DNA from: Candidatus Micrarchaeota archaeon | GTDB taxonomy: Archaea > Micrarchaeota > Micrarchaeia > Anstonellales > Anstonellaceae | Direction: 5' to 3' | NCBI GenBank assembly: GCA_964392435.1 | Contig: CAYMOY010000002.1 | Coordinates: forward strand, 116,479-180,478 | Length of the DNA: 64,000 bases | In this document: positions 8,340-19,074 of the stretch, piece after piece | Layout: every line of letters starts with the position of its first letter | How positions within the stretch are numbered: position 1 is the first letter of the stretch | Translations under genes and position numbers: made by a program | Notes under the pieces: generated by a model | Told to the model about the DNA's origin: nothing | Databases searched by the model: none | What the model saw: the letters and a program-made list of their open reading frames with translations, nothing else

Positions 8340-10982
8340 ATGAGCGAGGACCAACAGACTCTCAAGCTCAAGATTGCCAAGAAGGCATACATATTCGATG
8401 TGAGGAAAAGATTTGCCGCAAGCCGCACCTTTGCAGTCAAAAAAGCCCCTGAAACGCCAGCAGAGGACCTCAAGGAGAAGCTCAAGAGCCTGCTGGAGAA
8501 AAAAAAGACGCCTCTTGACAGCGCTGCGCCTGGTGGAAATGGCGCCTTGCCAGGGCAAAAGCCAGCCTTGGATGCCCCCCGAGGCGTTGGAGCCGGCCTG
8601 ATTAAGATTGCGGCGATAACAGCTGCTTTGGTGATTTTCGGTTTTCTTGGCCTTTTGGCAATGCTGCCCCCTGGCGGGGGAAGCGGGCCGTTGCAGATTG
8701 TGCCTGCAGACCTGTTCACAGGTAGCCTCTCCTTTTCTGTTGATGAGGGCATGGTGCTGACCGTGGAGGGGGAGGATTCTGCGCAGCACGCAGGTTATTT
8801 TCTGCTTTCCTACCAGGCAGCCAACCTTTCCGACCTGAATTTCACCGCCAAGCTCTACTCGCAGCAGCCTCCGACCCAAGTTTTCATATTGGACTATCCG
8901 AAAGACAGCGGAAGCTCCTACCCTGTTTTCAAAAAATACCTTGTTTCCAACCTGGCCCGGCTTGGGATACCGACCAATGAGATAGAGATAGGCATGGTGG
9001 GCCGCCTGCCCGCCGGGGCAGTGCTTTTGATTCCCACCGGCTATTTCCCGAAAGAGCTTCTCGGGGTGGACAATGAATTCGACTACCAGGACCTGCTTGG
9101 CCGCGGCGTGACGATAATCTACATAGGGCTGCCGTTTGACAACCAGGCTCTTGGCAGAGACGGTCTTGCAGTACAGGTCAGCCACAAAAAGATTGCCTTT
9201 GACAAAAAAGCCCGCCCAAAGTCAACTGACGGGTTCGGGCTTTTCAACGCGCAATATTCTGCCGCACCTGCCCAGACATACGCGGAAAACACCCTTTTTG
9301 CCTCTCCGCCCATCTACGGATCGATATCGGTGGTGAGGTACAAAACCGGCTCCATGCTAATCCTCCCCCAGAGCCTTGATGGCGGATGGCGCGAGAGGGA
9401 CGTTTCAGGCGCCTGGAGCGAAAAGGGCGGGATTGCCGCGCAAGACGTGGCGCGGCTGATAGCTGAGGAGCCCTGGATGCAGGAAATTTCCTCGGCCAGA
9501 TCCGCCGCCCTTCTTGGCAGCAATAAAGAAGGCAGACTCTCTTTGTTCACAGGCAAATTCAGCGCCGAATCGGCTTTTGTGAAGCTTGCAGCAGATGCTG
9601 CGGACCAGGACGGCTCTTTTCAGCGCAGCCTTGAAGTCTTTCGGATTGAGAAGTCCCAGAGCGGGAAGATGGTGCCTTCCGAGCCGCAGGCTGTCCCTTA
9701 TTACCTTTCAGGCCAGCGAACACGACTGAATGTGGCGCTTCGGGAGAACAGCTCCGCGCAGGTCAAGCTATATGTGGAAATGTACAAGGACGGGAGGCTG
9801 CTCCAGCGAACCGACCTTGAGCCGGGGCTCACAACACCGACAACGGACAAATCGGTGGACATACAGGTGAATGCCGAGCCTGGCAATTATGTGGTGGTGG
9901 TCGCGGACGAGCAGGGAAAAATCTATGCCGCCTGCGAGCTTTCGGTGACCGACCTTAACATCGCAGTCAACCAGAGCAATTGGAACAAGGGCAGGTTTTC
10001 CTTCCTCCTCTCATCAGCAAACCAGCCGGTGGAGCCGCGCAGCCTGTCCATTTCTTTCGACGGGAAGGAAGAGGCGCGATATTCCCCCTCCTCCCTGCGC
10101 CCAGGAGTCAGCGCAACTGAGGTGGAGTATGTTTACCCGGGAAAGATAGAATCCGGCCCCCATGTTTTCCTATTTACTGTTGGGACTTACCAAAAGAGCC
10201 TGAGCCTTTCCTATGACCGAATCCCGCCTTTTTGGGAGAACCCGGTTTTCATCGTGCTGACCCTCCTTGCGGCGGGGATTGGAGCAATGGGAATGGCATT
10301 GCGCAGGCCTGATTCTGTCAGATACGGCCTGGACATACCCGACTTCCCGCCAATGTCGACCATAAAAATACCTGTGAAGCGCGAAACGGTTATGGAAATA
10401 TTCTCCTCGGTGAACAGCGGCTACGCATGGCAGCGCATGCCTCTGAGGTTAGATGAGATAAAAAACGGATTCCGGAAGCTGACTTACAACGGCAAGCCGA
10501 TTCTGGTGGGGGATTTCAACCTCGAGCGGATACTTTCCAAGCTGGCTGATGAAGGGCTGGTGAAAGAGGAGCTGGGCTACTTTGGCCTGACTAGCTGGGA
10601 AAAGGAAAGCAACCACTCCATACGCTATCTTGCCATATACCGGATTATGCGCAACGTGTTTGTGAACAATGCTGTTAAGTTCTCCAAGCTTGACGCAATG
10701 CAGGACTGCGACATGAAGGCAATCGCTGGGAACGAGGAGATTTATTTGCACATAATGGAGGAGCCGGAGGAAACCGTGGTGCACCGGGCGCTTGCAACTG
10801 CGAAAAAAGGCACCACCCTGATAATATTCAAGACCTCCGAGGAGAGGGACGAATTCCGCTCCTCGCTCACCTCCACCTCCAAGCTGGCAGTCGGCCTCAA
10901 GATGGAGGTGGATGGCGGCAGGATAATGCTTTTCAACGCGAAAAACGACGTTCAAGCCTACCTGAAGGGAATCAACAGGTGA
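8340..10982 (+). CDS. large bitopic membrane protein (880 aa): Lys-rich cytoplasmic N-term, TM, ~540-aa extracytoplasmic region, second TM, ~230-aa C-terminal domain
   Basis: TM1 LIKIAAITAALVIFGFLGLLAMLPP, TM2 NPVFIVLTLLAAGIGAMGMAL. Last gene of the co-directional cluster. Confidence 0.5.
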   Translation: MSEDQQTLKLKIAKKAYIFDVRKRFAASRTFAVKKAPETPAEDLKEKLKSLLEKKKTPLDSAAPGGNGALPGQKPALDAPRGVGAGLIKIAAITAALVIFGFLGLLAMLPPGGGSGPLQIVPADLFTGSLSFSVDEGMVLTVEGEDSAQHAGYFLLSYQAANLSDLNFTAKLYSQQPPTQVFILDYPKDSGSSYPVFKKYLVSNLARLGIPTNEIEIGMVGRLPAGAVLLIPTGYFPKELLGVDNEFDYQDLLGRGVTIIYIGLPFDNQALGRDGLAVQVSHKKIAFDKKARPKSTDGFGLFNAQYSAAPAQTYAENTLFASPPIYGSISVVRYKTGSMLILPQSLDGGWRERDVSGAWSEKGGIAAQDVARLIAEEPWMQEISSARSAALLGSNKEGRLSLFTGKFSAESAFVKLAADAADQDGSFQRSLEVFRIEKSQSGKMVPSEPQAVPYYLSGQRTRLNVALRENSSAQVKLYVEMYKDGRLLQRTDLEPGLTTPTTDKSVDIQVNAEPGNYVVVVADEQGKIYAACELSVTDLNIAVNQSNWNKGRFSFLLSSANQPVEPRSLSISFDGKEEARYSPSSLRPGVSATEVEYVYPGKIESGPHVFLFTVGTYQKSLSLSYDRIPPFWENPVFIVLTLLAAGIGAMGMALRRPDSVRYGLDIPDFPPMSTIKIPVKRETVMEIFSSVNSGYAWQRMPLRLDEIKNGFRKLTYNGKPILVGDFNLERILSKLADEGLVKEELGYFGLTSWEKESNHSIRYLAIYRIMRNVFVNNAVKFSKLDAMQDCDMKAIAGNEEIYLHIMEEPEETVVHRALATAKKGTTLIIFKTSEERDEFRSSLTSTSKLAVGLKMEVDGGRIMLFNAKNDVQAYLKGINR

Positions 10983-11012
10983 CTTGCGCTGACTTTATAA
11001 ATTCCGCAAGAG

Positions 11013-12233
11013 TTGCTTTTTTTCCGCCCTGAAGCGGAAAAGCTGATGCTTATGAGAGTCGCCATGCTCGGTTGGGAATTCCCCCCGTTTGTTTCCGGAG
11101 GATTGGGGACCCACTGCTACGAACTTACGCGCAAGCTTGCCGCGATTGGGGTGGAGATAGACTTTTTCATGCCAGTAAGCGGGAGCAATGCCGTTTCATC
11201 CATAAGCGGATTGCGGATAATCGAGGTTGCAAAGACAGAGCTTAAGCCCTATCTCTTTTTCTCAAAGGCAAAAAAGGGGCAAAGCCCGTCTTACGGGGAG
11301 AACCTGATAAGCGCGGTGGGCGAATATTCGCAGCACTGCACCGAGTCTGTTCTCTCTTATGCTAAGGAAAACCCCTACGACCTGATACACGCGCACGATT
11401 GGATGACTGCCAAGCCTGCGCATGAGGCGAAAGGGAAGCTGGGGCTGCCCCTTGTGCAGACTTTCCATTCCACGGAGTTTGACCGGACCAGCTGGCCCTG
11501 GGAGTACATACTGGGAATCGAGCGGCAGGCAGCGCAGGAAGCCAGCCTGATAATTGCGGTGAGCAGGAGGACCAAGTCGCAGGTGATGCGCCTGGGGGCG
11601 CAGGAAAGCAGGATACGCGTCATCTATAACGGCGTGGATTATGTAAGGTTCTCCTCCTCTTGCCTGCCGGCTTTTGCCAATGAGCTGAAAAAAAGCAGGA
11701 AAATAGTGCTTTTCCTGGGGAGGCTGACCGAGCAGAAAGGGCCTGTGCAGTTTTTGCACGCAGCGAAAAAAGTGCTTGCCAGAAAGCCAGACACCCTCTT
11801 TGTCATCGCCGGCAAGGGGGAGCTTTTGCCGCTTCTGATAAATATGTCTCTTGAGATGGGAATAAGCAAAAATGTGCGCTTCTTGGGCTATGTGCCAGAA
11901 GAGGAGCAGCGAAAGATATACAAGCTGGCAGACCTGTATGTCATGCCCTCAACCTCCGAACCTTTTGGAATAACCGCCCTGGAGGCGATGTCCTCAGGGG
12001 TGCCGGTCATAATTTCCAAAACCTCCGGGGTCGCGGAGGTTGTCAAATCCGCAATACAGGTGGACTTCTGGGACATAAACGCGATGGCTGAGAAAATTGT
12101 CGCGGTGCTGCATTACGCCCCTCTTTCCAGCGCAATGTCGCGCCTGTCATTAAAAGAGGCGGCGGCACACACTTGGGAAAAGGCAGCATCAGAAACGCTT
12201 GCGGTGTACAGAGAAGCCATTGCAAAGCGATAA
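11013..12233 (+). CDS. glycogen-synthase-like GT4/GT5 glycosyltransferase
   Basis: MRVAMLGWEFPPFVSGGLGTHCYEL (glycogen synthase-type N-term); EPFGITALEAMSSGVPVIISKTSG. Likely start near 11046-11052. Confidence 0.65.
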   Translation: MLFFRPEAEKLMLMRVAMLGWEFPPFVSGGLGTHCYELTRKLAAIGVEIDFFMPVSGSNAVSSISGLRIIEVAKTELKPYLFFSKAKKGQSPSYGENLISAVGEYSQHCTESVLSYAKENPYDLIHAHDWMTAKPAHEAKGKLGLPLVQTFHSTEFDRTSWPWEYILGIERQAAQEASLIIAVSRRTKSQVMRLGAQESRIRVIYNGVDYVRFSSSCLPAFANELKKSRKIVLFLGRLTEQKGPVQFLHAAKKVLARKPDTLFVIAGKGELLPLLINMSLEMGISKNVRFLGYVPEEEQRKIYKLADLYVMPSTSEPFGITALEAMSSGVPVIISKTSGVAEVVKSAIQVDFWDINAMAEKIVAVLHYAPLSSAMSRLSLKEAAAHTWEKAASETLAVYREAIAKR

Positions 12234-12297
12234 ATACGGGTGTCAACAGGAAAATAGCCTGCAGCCAAACAGCCATTTTGCGCTGCCGGATGTTGAA

Positions 12298-13482
12298 ATG
12301 ATGGAAATCTGCATTTACTTCCAGGTGCACCAGCCGCTTCGGCTTTCGCACTATTCGATTTTCGGGGAGGGCGCCTCGGAGGGCAGCGGAGGGTACTTTG
12401 ACAGCGCACTCAATTCCGAGATAATGCGCAAGGTGGCCGGGAAATGCTATCTGCCCGCCAACAAGGTGATGCTGGAGCTTCTGGAGGCAAACCCGGAATT
12501 CCACGTCAGCTATTCGCTGACAGGCGTTTTTCTTGAGCAGTGCTCGCTTTTTGCCCCTGAGGTGCTGGAAAGCTTCGCAGCCCTTGCGCGCACTGGGAGG
12601 GCGGAATTCCTATCAGAAACCTACCACCATTCGCTTTCTTATCTCTTTTCAGACAAGGACGAGTTTGTGGAGCAGATACGGCTCCACAGAGAGGCGATTT
12701 CGAAATTCGCCAAGCCCTCCAGCGTCTTTAGGAACACAGAGGCGATGTTCTCAAACGACATCGCATACCTTGTGGAGAGGCTTGGCTACAACGGGATAAT
12801 GGCAGAGGGCCTGGAGCACATACTGGGCTGGCGCTCCCCCAACTACCTTTACACCGTGAAGGGCTGCGAGAAGATAAAGGCGCTGCTGCGCCACTACAAG
12901 CTTTCCGATGACATCGGCTACCGCTTCTCCGCCAAATGGTGGAACGAATACCCGCTGACCGCGGAAAAGTACGCCCGCTGGCTCTCCGAGCTGCAGGGGG
13001 ACTGCGTCAATATTTTCATGGACTATGAGACTTTCGGAGAGCACCACTGGGCGGATACCGGCATATTCGAGTTTTTGCGCCACCTTCCAGCCCAGATAGG
13101 CAAGATGCGGCATCTGCGCTTTTCCACCCCCTCGCAGCTGGTTGAGCGCGTTGCCGCGCGCGATGACATAGACGCGCCGCAGGTCACTTCATGGGCAGAC
13201 ATGGAAAGGGACACCTCGGCTTGGCTGGGCAATGAGATGCAGCGCACAGCCTTTTCGCTCCTGGAGTCGCTTGGGAAAAAGGTCAGGGAAACGAAAGACG
13301 AGGGGGCTCTGCGCACCTGGCGCATGCTTGGCAACTCCGACCATTTCTACTACATGTGCACCAAGTCGCTGTCAGACCAGGACGTGCACAACTATTTCTC
13401 GCCTTATGACTCGCCTTTTGACGCCTACATAAACTACATGAACGTGCTTAATGAATTTAGGGAAAAAGTGGAAAAGATGTAG
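12298..13482 (+). CDS. GH57-family glycoside hydrolase (alpha-glucan processing)
   Basis: MMEICIYFQVHQPLRL (GH57-type start), ...DYETFGEHHW; adjacent to glycogen-synthase-like gene. ORF-track start 12199 is probably an N-terminal over-extension. Confidence 0.6.
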   Translation: MMEICIYFQVHQPLRLSHYSIFGEGASEGSGGYFDSALNSEIMRKVAGKCYLPANKVMLELLEANPEFHVSYSLTGVFLEQCSLFAPEVLESFAALARTGRAEFLSETYHHSLSYLFSDKDEFVEQIRLHREAISKFAKPSSVFRNTEAMFSNDIAYLVERLGYNGIMAEGLEHILGWRSPNYLYTVKGCEKIKALLRHYKLSDDIGYRFSAKWWNEYPLTAEKYARWLSELQGDCVNIFMDYETFGEHHWADTGIFEFLRHLPAQIGKMRHLRFSTPSQLVERVAARDDIDAPQVTSWADMERDTSAWLGNEMQRTAFSLLESLGKKVRETKDEGALRTWRMLGNSDHFYYMCTKSLSDQDVHNYFSPYDSPFDAYINYMNVLNEFREKVEKM

Positions 13483-13544
13483 GCTTTCGAACCATGGCTT
13501 TGGGGCAGATGGCCGCAACGCCCCTGCGCAAGAGCAACTTTTTC

Positions 13545-14591
13545 TTAGCCAGTCGAGTAGTCGTCTTCCAGGTTGTCCAGGCTGATGGATTCCATTGACC
13601 TGTTTGCGGTCAGCTGCATGGAAATCTTTTTTTGCGAAATATTGAGCAGTATGCCTGCCCGCGCGCCGCCCTCGGGAATGTTGATTGCGAAGGTGCCCAG
13701 CCGGTATTCACCCTGCGCAAGATTCGCCCCGACCTCGATTGTTACGTTGGGGGCGGCTCCCCTAGGCGAGTTGGAATCTAAGTCGACTCGCACCACGTCG
13801 TGGGCGGGAAACCGCAGGTCCAAAAGAATTTGATTGAGCCTCAAGCCTGCCTCATTGCAAAGCCTTATGGCCTGCCATTTCTGCGCTTTAGAAGAAAGGC
13901 GCAAGACATCTTGCTCAAGACCGATGTTAAATGCTGCCTTTTTTGCATAATAGCCGCCTTCTGCCCTGCTGTAGTGCACCTGAATTGAGCCGATATGCGG
14001 ATTGCCCCCCCCACCCTCAGGAATAAAAGTTTCGGCTATGTGGAACGTGCCGACTATCTTGCCCCCCTCGTTTTCGCCATAGTAGACAATGGGCAGTATT
14101 TCCTTGTTCCCCTTGAAAGACTGTACCGCCAGAAGCGAGCCGAACGGAAGGAAATCCGCGCAGAAGCTGTTCATCGCCTCAATCTGAGCGGGCGAGAATC
14201 CGAACTTGATTGCGAAGGAGACCGGGGATATGTCAGACTCCTGCCTCATCGCCTCATCCACCATGACAAGCTCGGTTTTCTCAGCCATGGCTTTCAGCCT
14301 CTGTATCAGATGGTAAGGCTCGGAATCCGCCCGGTCTTCGATAAGCCTGAGAAGGGAGAGGGCCTCGCGCTCCAGCTTGAATGAATATGCAAGGGCATTG
14401 TCCATCTGTTCCTTGGAGGGCTTGCAAAGAAGGATTGATTTCCCGTCTGCAAGGGGCGTTTGGCGCAAAAATGAACCGAGCTGGGACCTGAGCCGCTGGG
14501 CTGCGCCAGGGGAAGTTTGGTCGCTGCTGGAAATCCTTGCGAAAATTTCGCGCGCTTGGCGCACGCATAATGAGCCGGAGCTGTTTGCCAT
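13545..14591 (-). CDS. hypothetical protein, divergent from AAA ATPase gene
   Basis: Long ORF; start taken at MANSSGS (14591). Shares an AT-rich divergent promoter region (14600-14700) with the AAA gene. Confidence 0.4.
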   Translation of the reverse strand: MANSSGSLCVRQAREIFARISSSDQTSPGAAQRLRSQLGSFLRQTPLADGKSILLCKPSKEQMDNALAYSFKLEREALSLLRLIEDRADSEPYHLIQRLKAMAEKTELVMVDEAMRQESDISPVSFAIKFGFSPAQIEAMNSFCADFLPFGSLLAVQSFKGNKEILPIVYYGENEGGKIVGTFHIAETFIPEGGGGNPHIGSIQVHYSRAEGGYYAKKAAFNIGLEQDVLRLSSKAQKWQAIRLCNEAGLRLNQILLDLRFPAHDVVRVDLDSNSPRGAAPNVTIEVGANLAQGEYRLGTFAINIPEGGARAGILLNISQKKISMQLTANRSMESISLDNLEDDYSTG

Positions 14592-14670
14592 GCTTCCTTT
14601 CAGCTGCAAAGGGTTTATAAATATATTATAAACCACTTATTACAACATTCTCTTCCATTGCCTAATAGTC

Positions 14671-14681
14671 AAATATATAAG
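14671..14681 (+). promoter_or_regulatory. TATA-box-like element (aaatatataag) ~22 bp upstream of AAA ATPase ATG; implies leaderless transcript
   Basis: AT-rich hexamer island in otherwise GC-rich DNA, spacing typical of archaeal TATA-to-TSS. Confidence 0.35.
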
Positions 14682-14702
14682 ATACCTGCGCGTTTTTCCT
14701 GC

Positions 14703-17441
14703 ATGGCAAACGGGGGCAGCGGTGCGCGGGGCATGAGCAAGCAAAAAGTGCTTGCCACCATGCAGATGCTGCGCACGGACGAGAACCTCGGCGGGGCAAT
14801 CCTGGTGGCCCTGGGCACGCTTTTTCTCCTGCTCACCTTCACATTCTACCCGTTTTACCTGGTGCCGCTGCTTGCAGCCGCCGCAGGAACGCTTGCCTAC
14901 CGCAAGCCACCCCTTGGCACGATACTGGGAATGCTGCTCGCCTTTCCAGCTGTGGCGTACCAGGCGCCTGTGCTGGCCTGGATTTTCTGCGCCGCACTGG
15001 CCATCACGCTTTTCGAGGCGTTTGAGCATTGGAGCACCATCTCTTTTTTGCAGATTGCGATAATGGCGCCTTTTGCCCCCGCTCCATTCTCATATGTTTC
15101 AGGCTTCCTGTTCCTGCTTTTGGGGATTGCCGCGCTGCGCTTTGGCAGCAGACATTCCTTTGCAGTGTCGCTTCCCGCAGTATTCATCGTGCTTCTGCTT
15201 TCAACAATATGGCTGCACCCGACCGCCTCGTTCATCACAATATCCGAGGACTACCATTCCCTTTACAGCCCTGGCATGGAGCAGCTGATGAACAATGAAA
15301 AGCCGGAGGTGGGGGTTGAAGGAATTCTTCCAGCCGGCGCAGAGGCGGTTGCTTCCCTTTTCTCAGGAGAGAACATCCGCGTCTTTTCAGACGCGTTGGG
15401 GCTGATTGCCTCAAACACAGTAAAGCTTTTTGCCTCCGACTTTGCCCTGCCGCAGCTATTTGCCTGGGCTGCTGCTCTTTTCGCCTGCGCCATGCTGCCC
15501 CCGCTTATTGAGGACGGCGGGATTTTCATGTTCCTCAAGCCAGCCGTGCGCTCGCGATACAAGCAGAGCATAGCCTCGCTTGCGCTATTCATAATACCGC
15601 TCTCAAACTTCTTGCTCGCCCCCTCATTCAAGAATCCTGTGGAGCCCCTCTCGTTCGCATACTGCGCGGCAAGCGTGGGCGTCATCGCGGCAATGGAGCA
15701 CTACGGGATTTCGCTTTCGCGCGAAAGGATGGTCTCACGCCGCGAGAAGCAGAAAACTTTCGGGAAGTTCGGTGTGCAGGACCTCTCCGAGTCGGACGGC
15801 GTGGACTCGCTTGCCGATGTTGGCGGCTATGAGGATGTGAAACTCGAGCTTCGCGAGGCGATAATAGCCCCGATAAAGCAGAAGGAGCTGACCTACACAT
15901 ACGGGATAAAACCGCCCACGGGAATACTGTTTTTCGGCCCGCCAGGAACAGGAAAGACGCTTCTGATGAAGGCGCTTGCCAAGGAGCTGGACATCGGCTT
16001 TTACTACGTGAAATGCTCGGACCTGCTCTCAGAATGGTATGGCGAAAGCGAAAAGAACGTTTCCGAGGTGTTCACAGCCGCGCGCAAGAACGCGCCATGC
16101 GTGCTTTTCTTCGACGAGATAGACTCCATTGGCAAGAGGCGAGACTCCTACACCAGCGATGACGTGGCGCCCCGCGTGATGTCGGTGCTGCTGCAGGAGC
16201 TGGATGGGTTCAAGGGAAAGAAGAACGTGATAACGATAGGCGCGACCAATGTGCCTGACCAGCTGGACCCGGCGCTCATGCGCCCTGGCAGGTTTGACAA
16301 GGTAATTTACATGCCCCTGCCGGACATCGAGGCACGCAAAGCGATTTTCAAGGTGCATCTGAAGAAGCTGCCCTTGGAGCCAGACGTGGATTTCGAGCGG
16401 CTGGCGATTATGACCGAGCGGCACTCTGGCGCAGACATAAAGAACATCTGCACCGAAGGGAGCAGGCTGGCTGCGCGCGAAGCCATGAAGTCCGACGTGG
16501 TTGTCCCGGTTTCCATGAAACATTTGACCGCCACCATAAAAAAAGTCAAGCCCTCAGTCACGCTTGACATGGTAGAAACCTACAGCAAGTTCCGCATGGA
16601 CTACGAGCGCAGAAGCGAGGCTGTTGAGAAAAAGCCTGATGAGAAAGGGGTGCGCTGGGAGGATGTTGCTGGATTGGAGGAGGTCAGAAAAACGCTTCTT
16701 GAATCCATTGAGATGCCGCTTTTGCACGAGGACTTGATGAAGGAGATGGATGTCAAGCCCTCCAAAGGATTGCTGCTTTTCGGTCCGCCAGGATGCGGAA
16801 AGACGATGATAGTCAAGGCTGCTGCAAACGAGCTTAACGCGAACTTCCTGACAATATCCGGCTCAGAGCTGATGAGGGGCCGCGACCGGAACCCGGCGTC
16901 ATATGTCAAGGAAGTGTTCAACCGCGCCCGCGAGAGCGCCCCGGCTCTGGTTTTCATAGACGAGATAGAGGCGCTTGCGCCCAGCCGCGACGAGTACCGC
17001 GGAGGCATATTGACCGAGTTATTGCAGGAGCTGGACGGGGTGAAGGAGCTGAAGAATGTGATGATTGTAGGTGCGACCAACAAGCCTGCCGCGCTTGACG
17101 GCGCCATATTGCGCCCGGGCAGGTTTGACAAGATACTCTACATTCCCCCGCCAGACGCGCCTGCGCGCAAGCAGATATTCACAGGCAGCCTTGCCAAATT
17201 CCTGGAGAGGCTGAATTTGGACAAGCTTGCAAACGCCACGGACGGATTTTCAGGCGCAGATGTCGCCTCCATATGCCAGGAGGTGAAGATGCAGCTGGTG
17301 CGCGACCGGCTTTCAGGCAAGCCCACAGTGGCGACCACCGATTCTGTGATGAGGGTGATTTCCTCGCGCCGCCCCTCAGTCACCCAGAAGGACCTGAGGG
17401 AGTATTTTGCCTTCATGCAGGAGTATGGGGAGAGGAAATAA
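14703..17441 (+). CDS. membrane-anchored tandem-AAA ATPase (CDC48/VCP-like D1+D2 cassettes fused to ~350-aa polytopic N-terminal domain)
   Basis: N-terminal ~8 hydrophobic helices. Walker [16 protein letters not shown] and [15 protein letters not shown]; Walker B VLFFDEID / LVFIDEIE; SRH-like [20 protein letters not shown] and [20 protein letters not shown]. Confidence 0.75.
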   Translation: MANGGSGARGMSKQKVLATMQMLRTDENLGGAILVALGTLFLLLTFTFYPFYLVPLLAAAAGTLAYRKPPLGTILGMLLAFPAVAYQAPVLAWIFCAALAITLFEAFEHWSTISFLQIAIMAPFAPAPFSYVSGFLFLLLGIAALRFGSRHSFAVSLPAVFIVLLLSTIWLHPTASFITISEDYHSLYSPGMEQLMNNEKPEVGVEGILPAGAEAVASLFSGENIRVFSDALGLIASNTVKLFASDFALPQLFAWAAALFACAMLPPLIEDGGIFMFLKPAVRSRYKQSIASLALFIIPLSNFLLAPSFKNPVEPLSFAYCAASVGVIAAMEHYGISLSRERMVSRREKQKTFGKFGVQDLSESDGVDSLADVGGYEDVKLELREAIIAPIKQKELTYTYGIKPPTGILFFGPPGTGKTLLMKALAKELDIGFYYVKCSDLLSEWYGESEKNVSEVFTAARKNAPCVLFFDEIDSIGKRRDSYTSDDVAPRVMSVLLQELDGFKGKKNVITIGATNVPDQLDPALMRPGRFDKVIYMPLPDIEARKAIFKVHLKKLPLEPDVDFERLAIMTERHSGADIKNICTEGSRLAAREAMKSDVVVPVSMKHLTATIKKVKPSVTLDMVETYSKFRMDYERRSEAVEKKPDEKGVRWEDVAGLEEVRKTLLESIEMPLLHEDLMKEMDVKPSKGLLLFGPPGCGKTMIVKAAANELNANFLTISGSELMRGRDRNPASYVKEVFNRARESAPALVFIDEIEALAPSRDEYRGGILTELLQELDGVKELKNVMIVGATNKPAALDGAILRPGRFDKILYIPPPDAPARKQIFTGSLAKFLERLNLDKLANATDGFSGADVASICQEVKMQLVRDRLSGKPTVATTDSVMRVISSRRPSVTQKDLREYFAFMQEYGERK

Positions 17442-17537
17442 TCCGCCGCCTTGCTTTTGGGAAATGATTGGTGCACCCTCCGTCCCCATTTTGCAAAGTA
17501 TGGCGTGAGCAGCCAATACCGGCATTTCCCCCAAATC

Positions 17538-18668
17538 CTATTTCCCAAATAGCCTGGAGCTGATGCCCTGCCCGCTGCCCAGGACCCTTTTCCTTGCCCC
17601 AAAAAACCATTCCTTTTCCTCTTGGAACGCCGCCCATTCCCCATCCAGCTCCTCCTGGGGGACAAAAAGCTCTTTTTCAGAAATTGCCGCAATCCTTCGC
17701 AGCTGCGTTTCTATTGGCTCGCCAAGCCCAAGAGAAAGGTAATGCCCGGCTGCTGATTTGAACTTCCCAAGAGCCGATTGCCGGCAGATTTCCTCGCACA
17801 TTTTTCCAGCGTCAAAGCCTTGTGCCCTCACCAGCGCGTGATTTCCGTTGACTAATTTCGGCAGGCGGCCGCAGAGGCGGAAATAGGCGTAGTTTTCCAC
17901 AATGGCAGAACGGATGTACAGTATGAAATTGTCCACCAGCTTCCCCTGCCCAGAAGGCAGGCTGTTGTGCTCTGCCTTTGGCAGCTCCCCATCTGGCGCA
18001 GAATTGCCCATGAAGCTGTATTGGGGAAACGAGTGCCTGGCGCAAAACTCGAAAAAATGGTCGTCAAACGGATAGAGTGTCGGGAAAAATCCGACCTGGC
18101 AGGAGAGGCGGGAGGAGACCCCGAAAAACCCGCCCCCAACACCGTGCGGTTTTGCCTGCCGCTTTGGCATGCGCACCACTCCGCGCAGCATCTGTTCAGC
18201 CTCTGCTTTCTGCTCCGGACTTGCAGACCACCCGGACAGAAGTTCAAGAAAATGCACCATGGCGTAGATTCCATTTCCTGTGCACCCCTGGTAAAAGCCC
18301 GGAACCAGATCGAATCTTGAAAGCGCTTGCAGGAAGATTTCGCCGCAGCCTTTTTGCGGAAAGATGTCATCGTCCAGGAAAATGATTTCGGACCTCCCGG
18401 CAGACAGCGATGCAAGCTGGAGCAGGTTTCTGGCGTGCCCTATGCTTTTGCTTCTCGCTCCAGCAGGCGACTGCAATATTTCATCCGCGTTTTCCTGGGA
18501 AAAAACCTTGGGGTCCTTTCCGCCGGCCCCGGGGATAATTTGCCTGACCTTATCCTCGTCCTTGGACTGGCAGATTGCGAAAAAATCTGATTGGCTGAAT
18601 GCTTCTGAAAGTTGGGGTATTGATTGCTGGAGAGCGTGCGGCCTCCAGCAAAGCAGGCAGGCGTGCAT
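17538..18668 (-). CDS. putative GT-A-fold glycosyltransferase-like protein (DXD motif)
   Basis: EIIFLDDDIFP motif; otherwise unassigned. Start uncertain. Confidence 0.3.
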   Translation of the reverse strand: MHACLLCWRPHALQQSIPQLSEAFSQSDFFAICQSKDEDKVRQIIPGAGGKDPKVFSQENADEILQSPAGARSKSIGHARNLLQLASLSAGRSEIIFLDDDIFPQKGCGEIFLQALSRFDLVPGFYQGCTGNGIYAMVHFLELLSGWSASPEQKAEAEQMLRGVVRMPKRQAKPHGVGGGFFGVSSRLSCQVGFFPTLYPFDDHFFEFCARHSFPQYSFMGNSAPDGELPKAEHNSLPSGQGKLVDNFILYIRSAIVENYAYFRLCGRLPKLVNGNHALVRAQGFDAGKMCEEICRQSALGKFKSAAGHYLSLGLGEPIETQLRRIAAISEKELFVPQEELDGEWAAFQEEKEWFFGARKRVLGSGQGISSRLFGK

Positions 18669-19074
18669 GGAATTTTTTGAGGGGCAGTATTATATAATAG
18701 GAAAGCAGCTTTGCAAGAGTAAGGCATTTGAGGGAGGAATATGGGATTATGTTTCATGGCACAGACCAGGAAGGGCAGGCATTATTCTCTTTTTTCCTTT
18801 ATTTACAACCAAAATTCGACACTTCTGTGTTGAAGTAAACGGGAATTGCCGATATATTATGTTTTTTTTATAAACTATCTTTTAAGGAACTGGAGAAAAT
18901 TTATAAACATAGCTCAAGACATCAATCCAGTCTCCTATGAGAGGCGCTTGGCGAGTGCCCGGAGGGGAGTGGTACCGAAAAGAATGTATGAAAGGAAAAC
19001 ATACAGGGCAAAAAAATGAATGTCGTCGATAAGTTTTGTACCATGCCCTGAGAGACGACATTTGAGGTGGAACA

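Noticed and set aside
8316-9185. 289-aa minus-strand ORF inside the 880-aa membrane-protein gene
   Set aside because: Fully embedded antisense ORF with Arg/Gly/His-rich composition and no motif; the plus-strand gene has coherent TM/soluble architecture.
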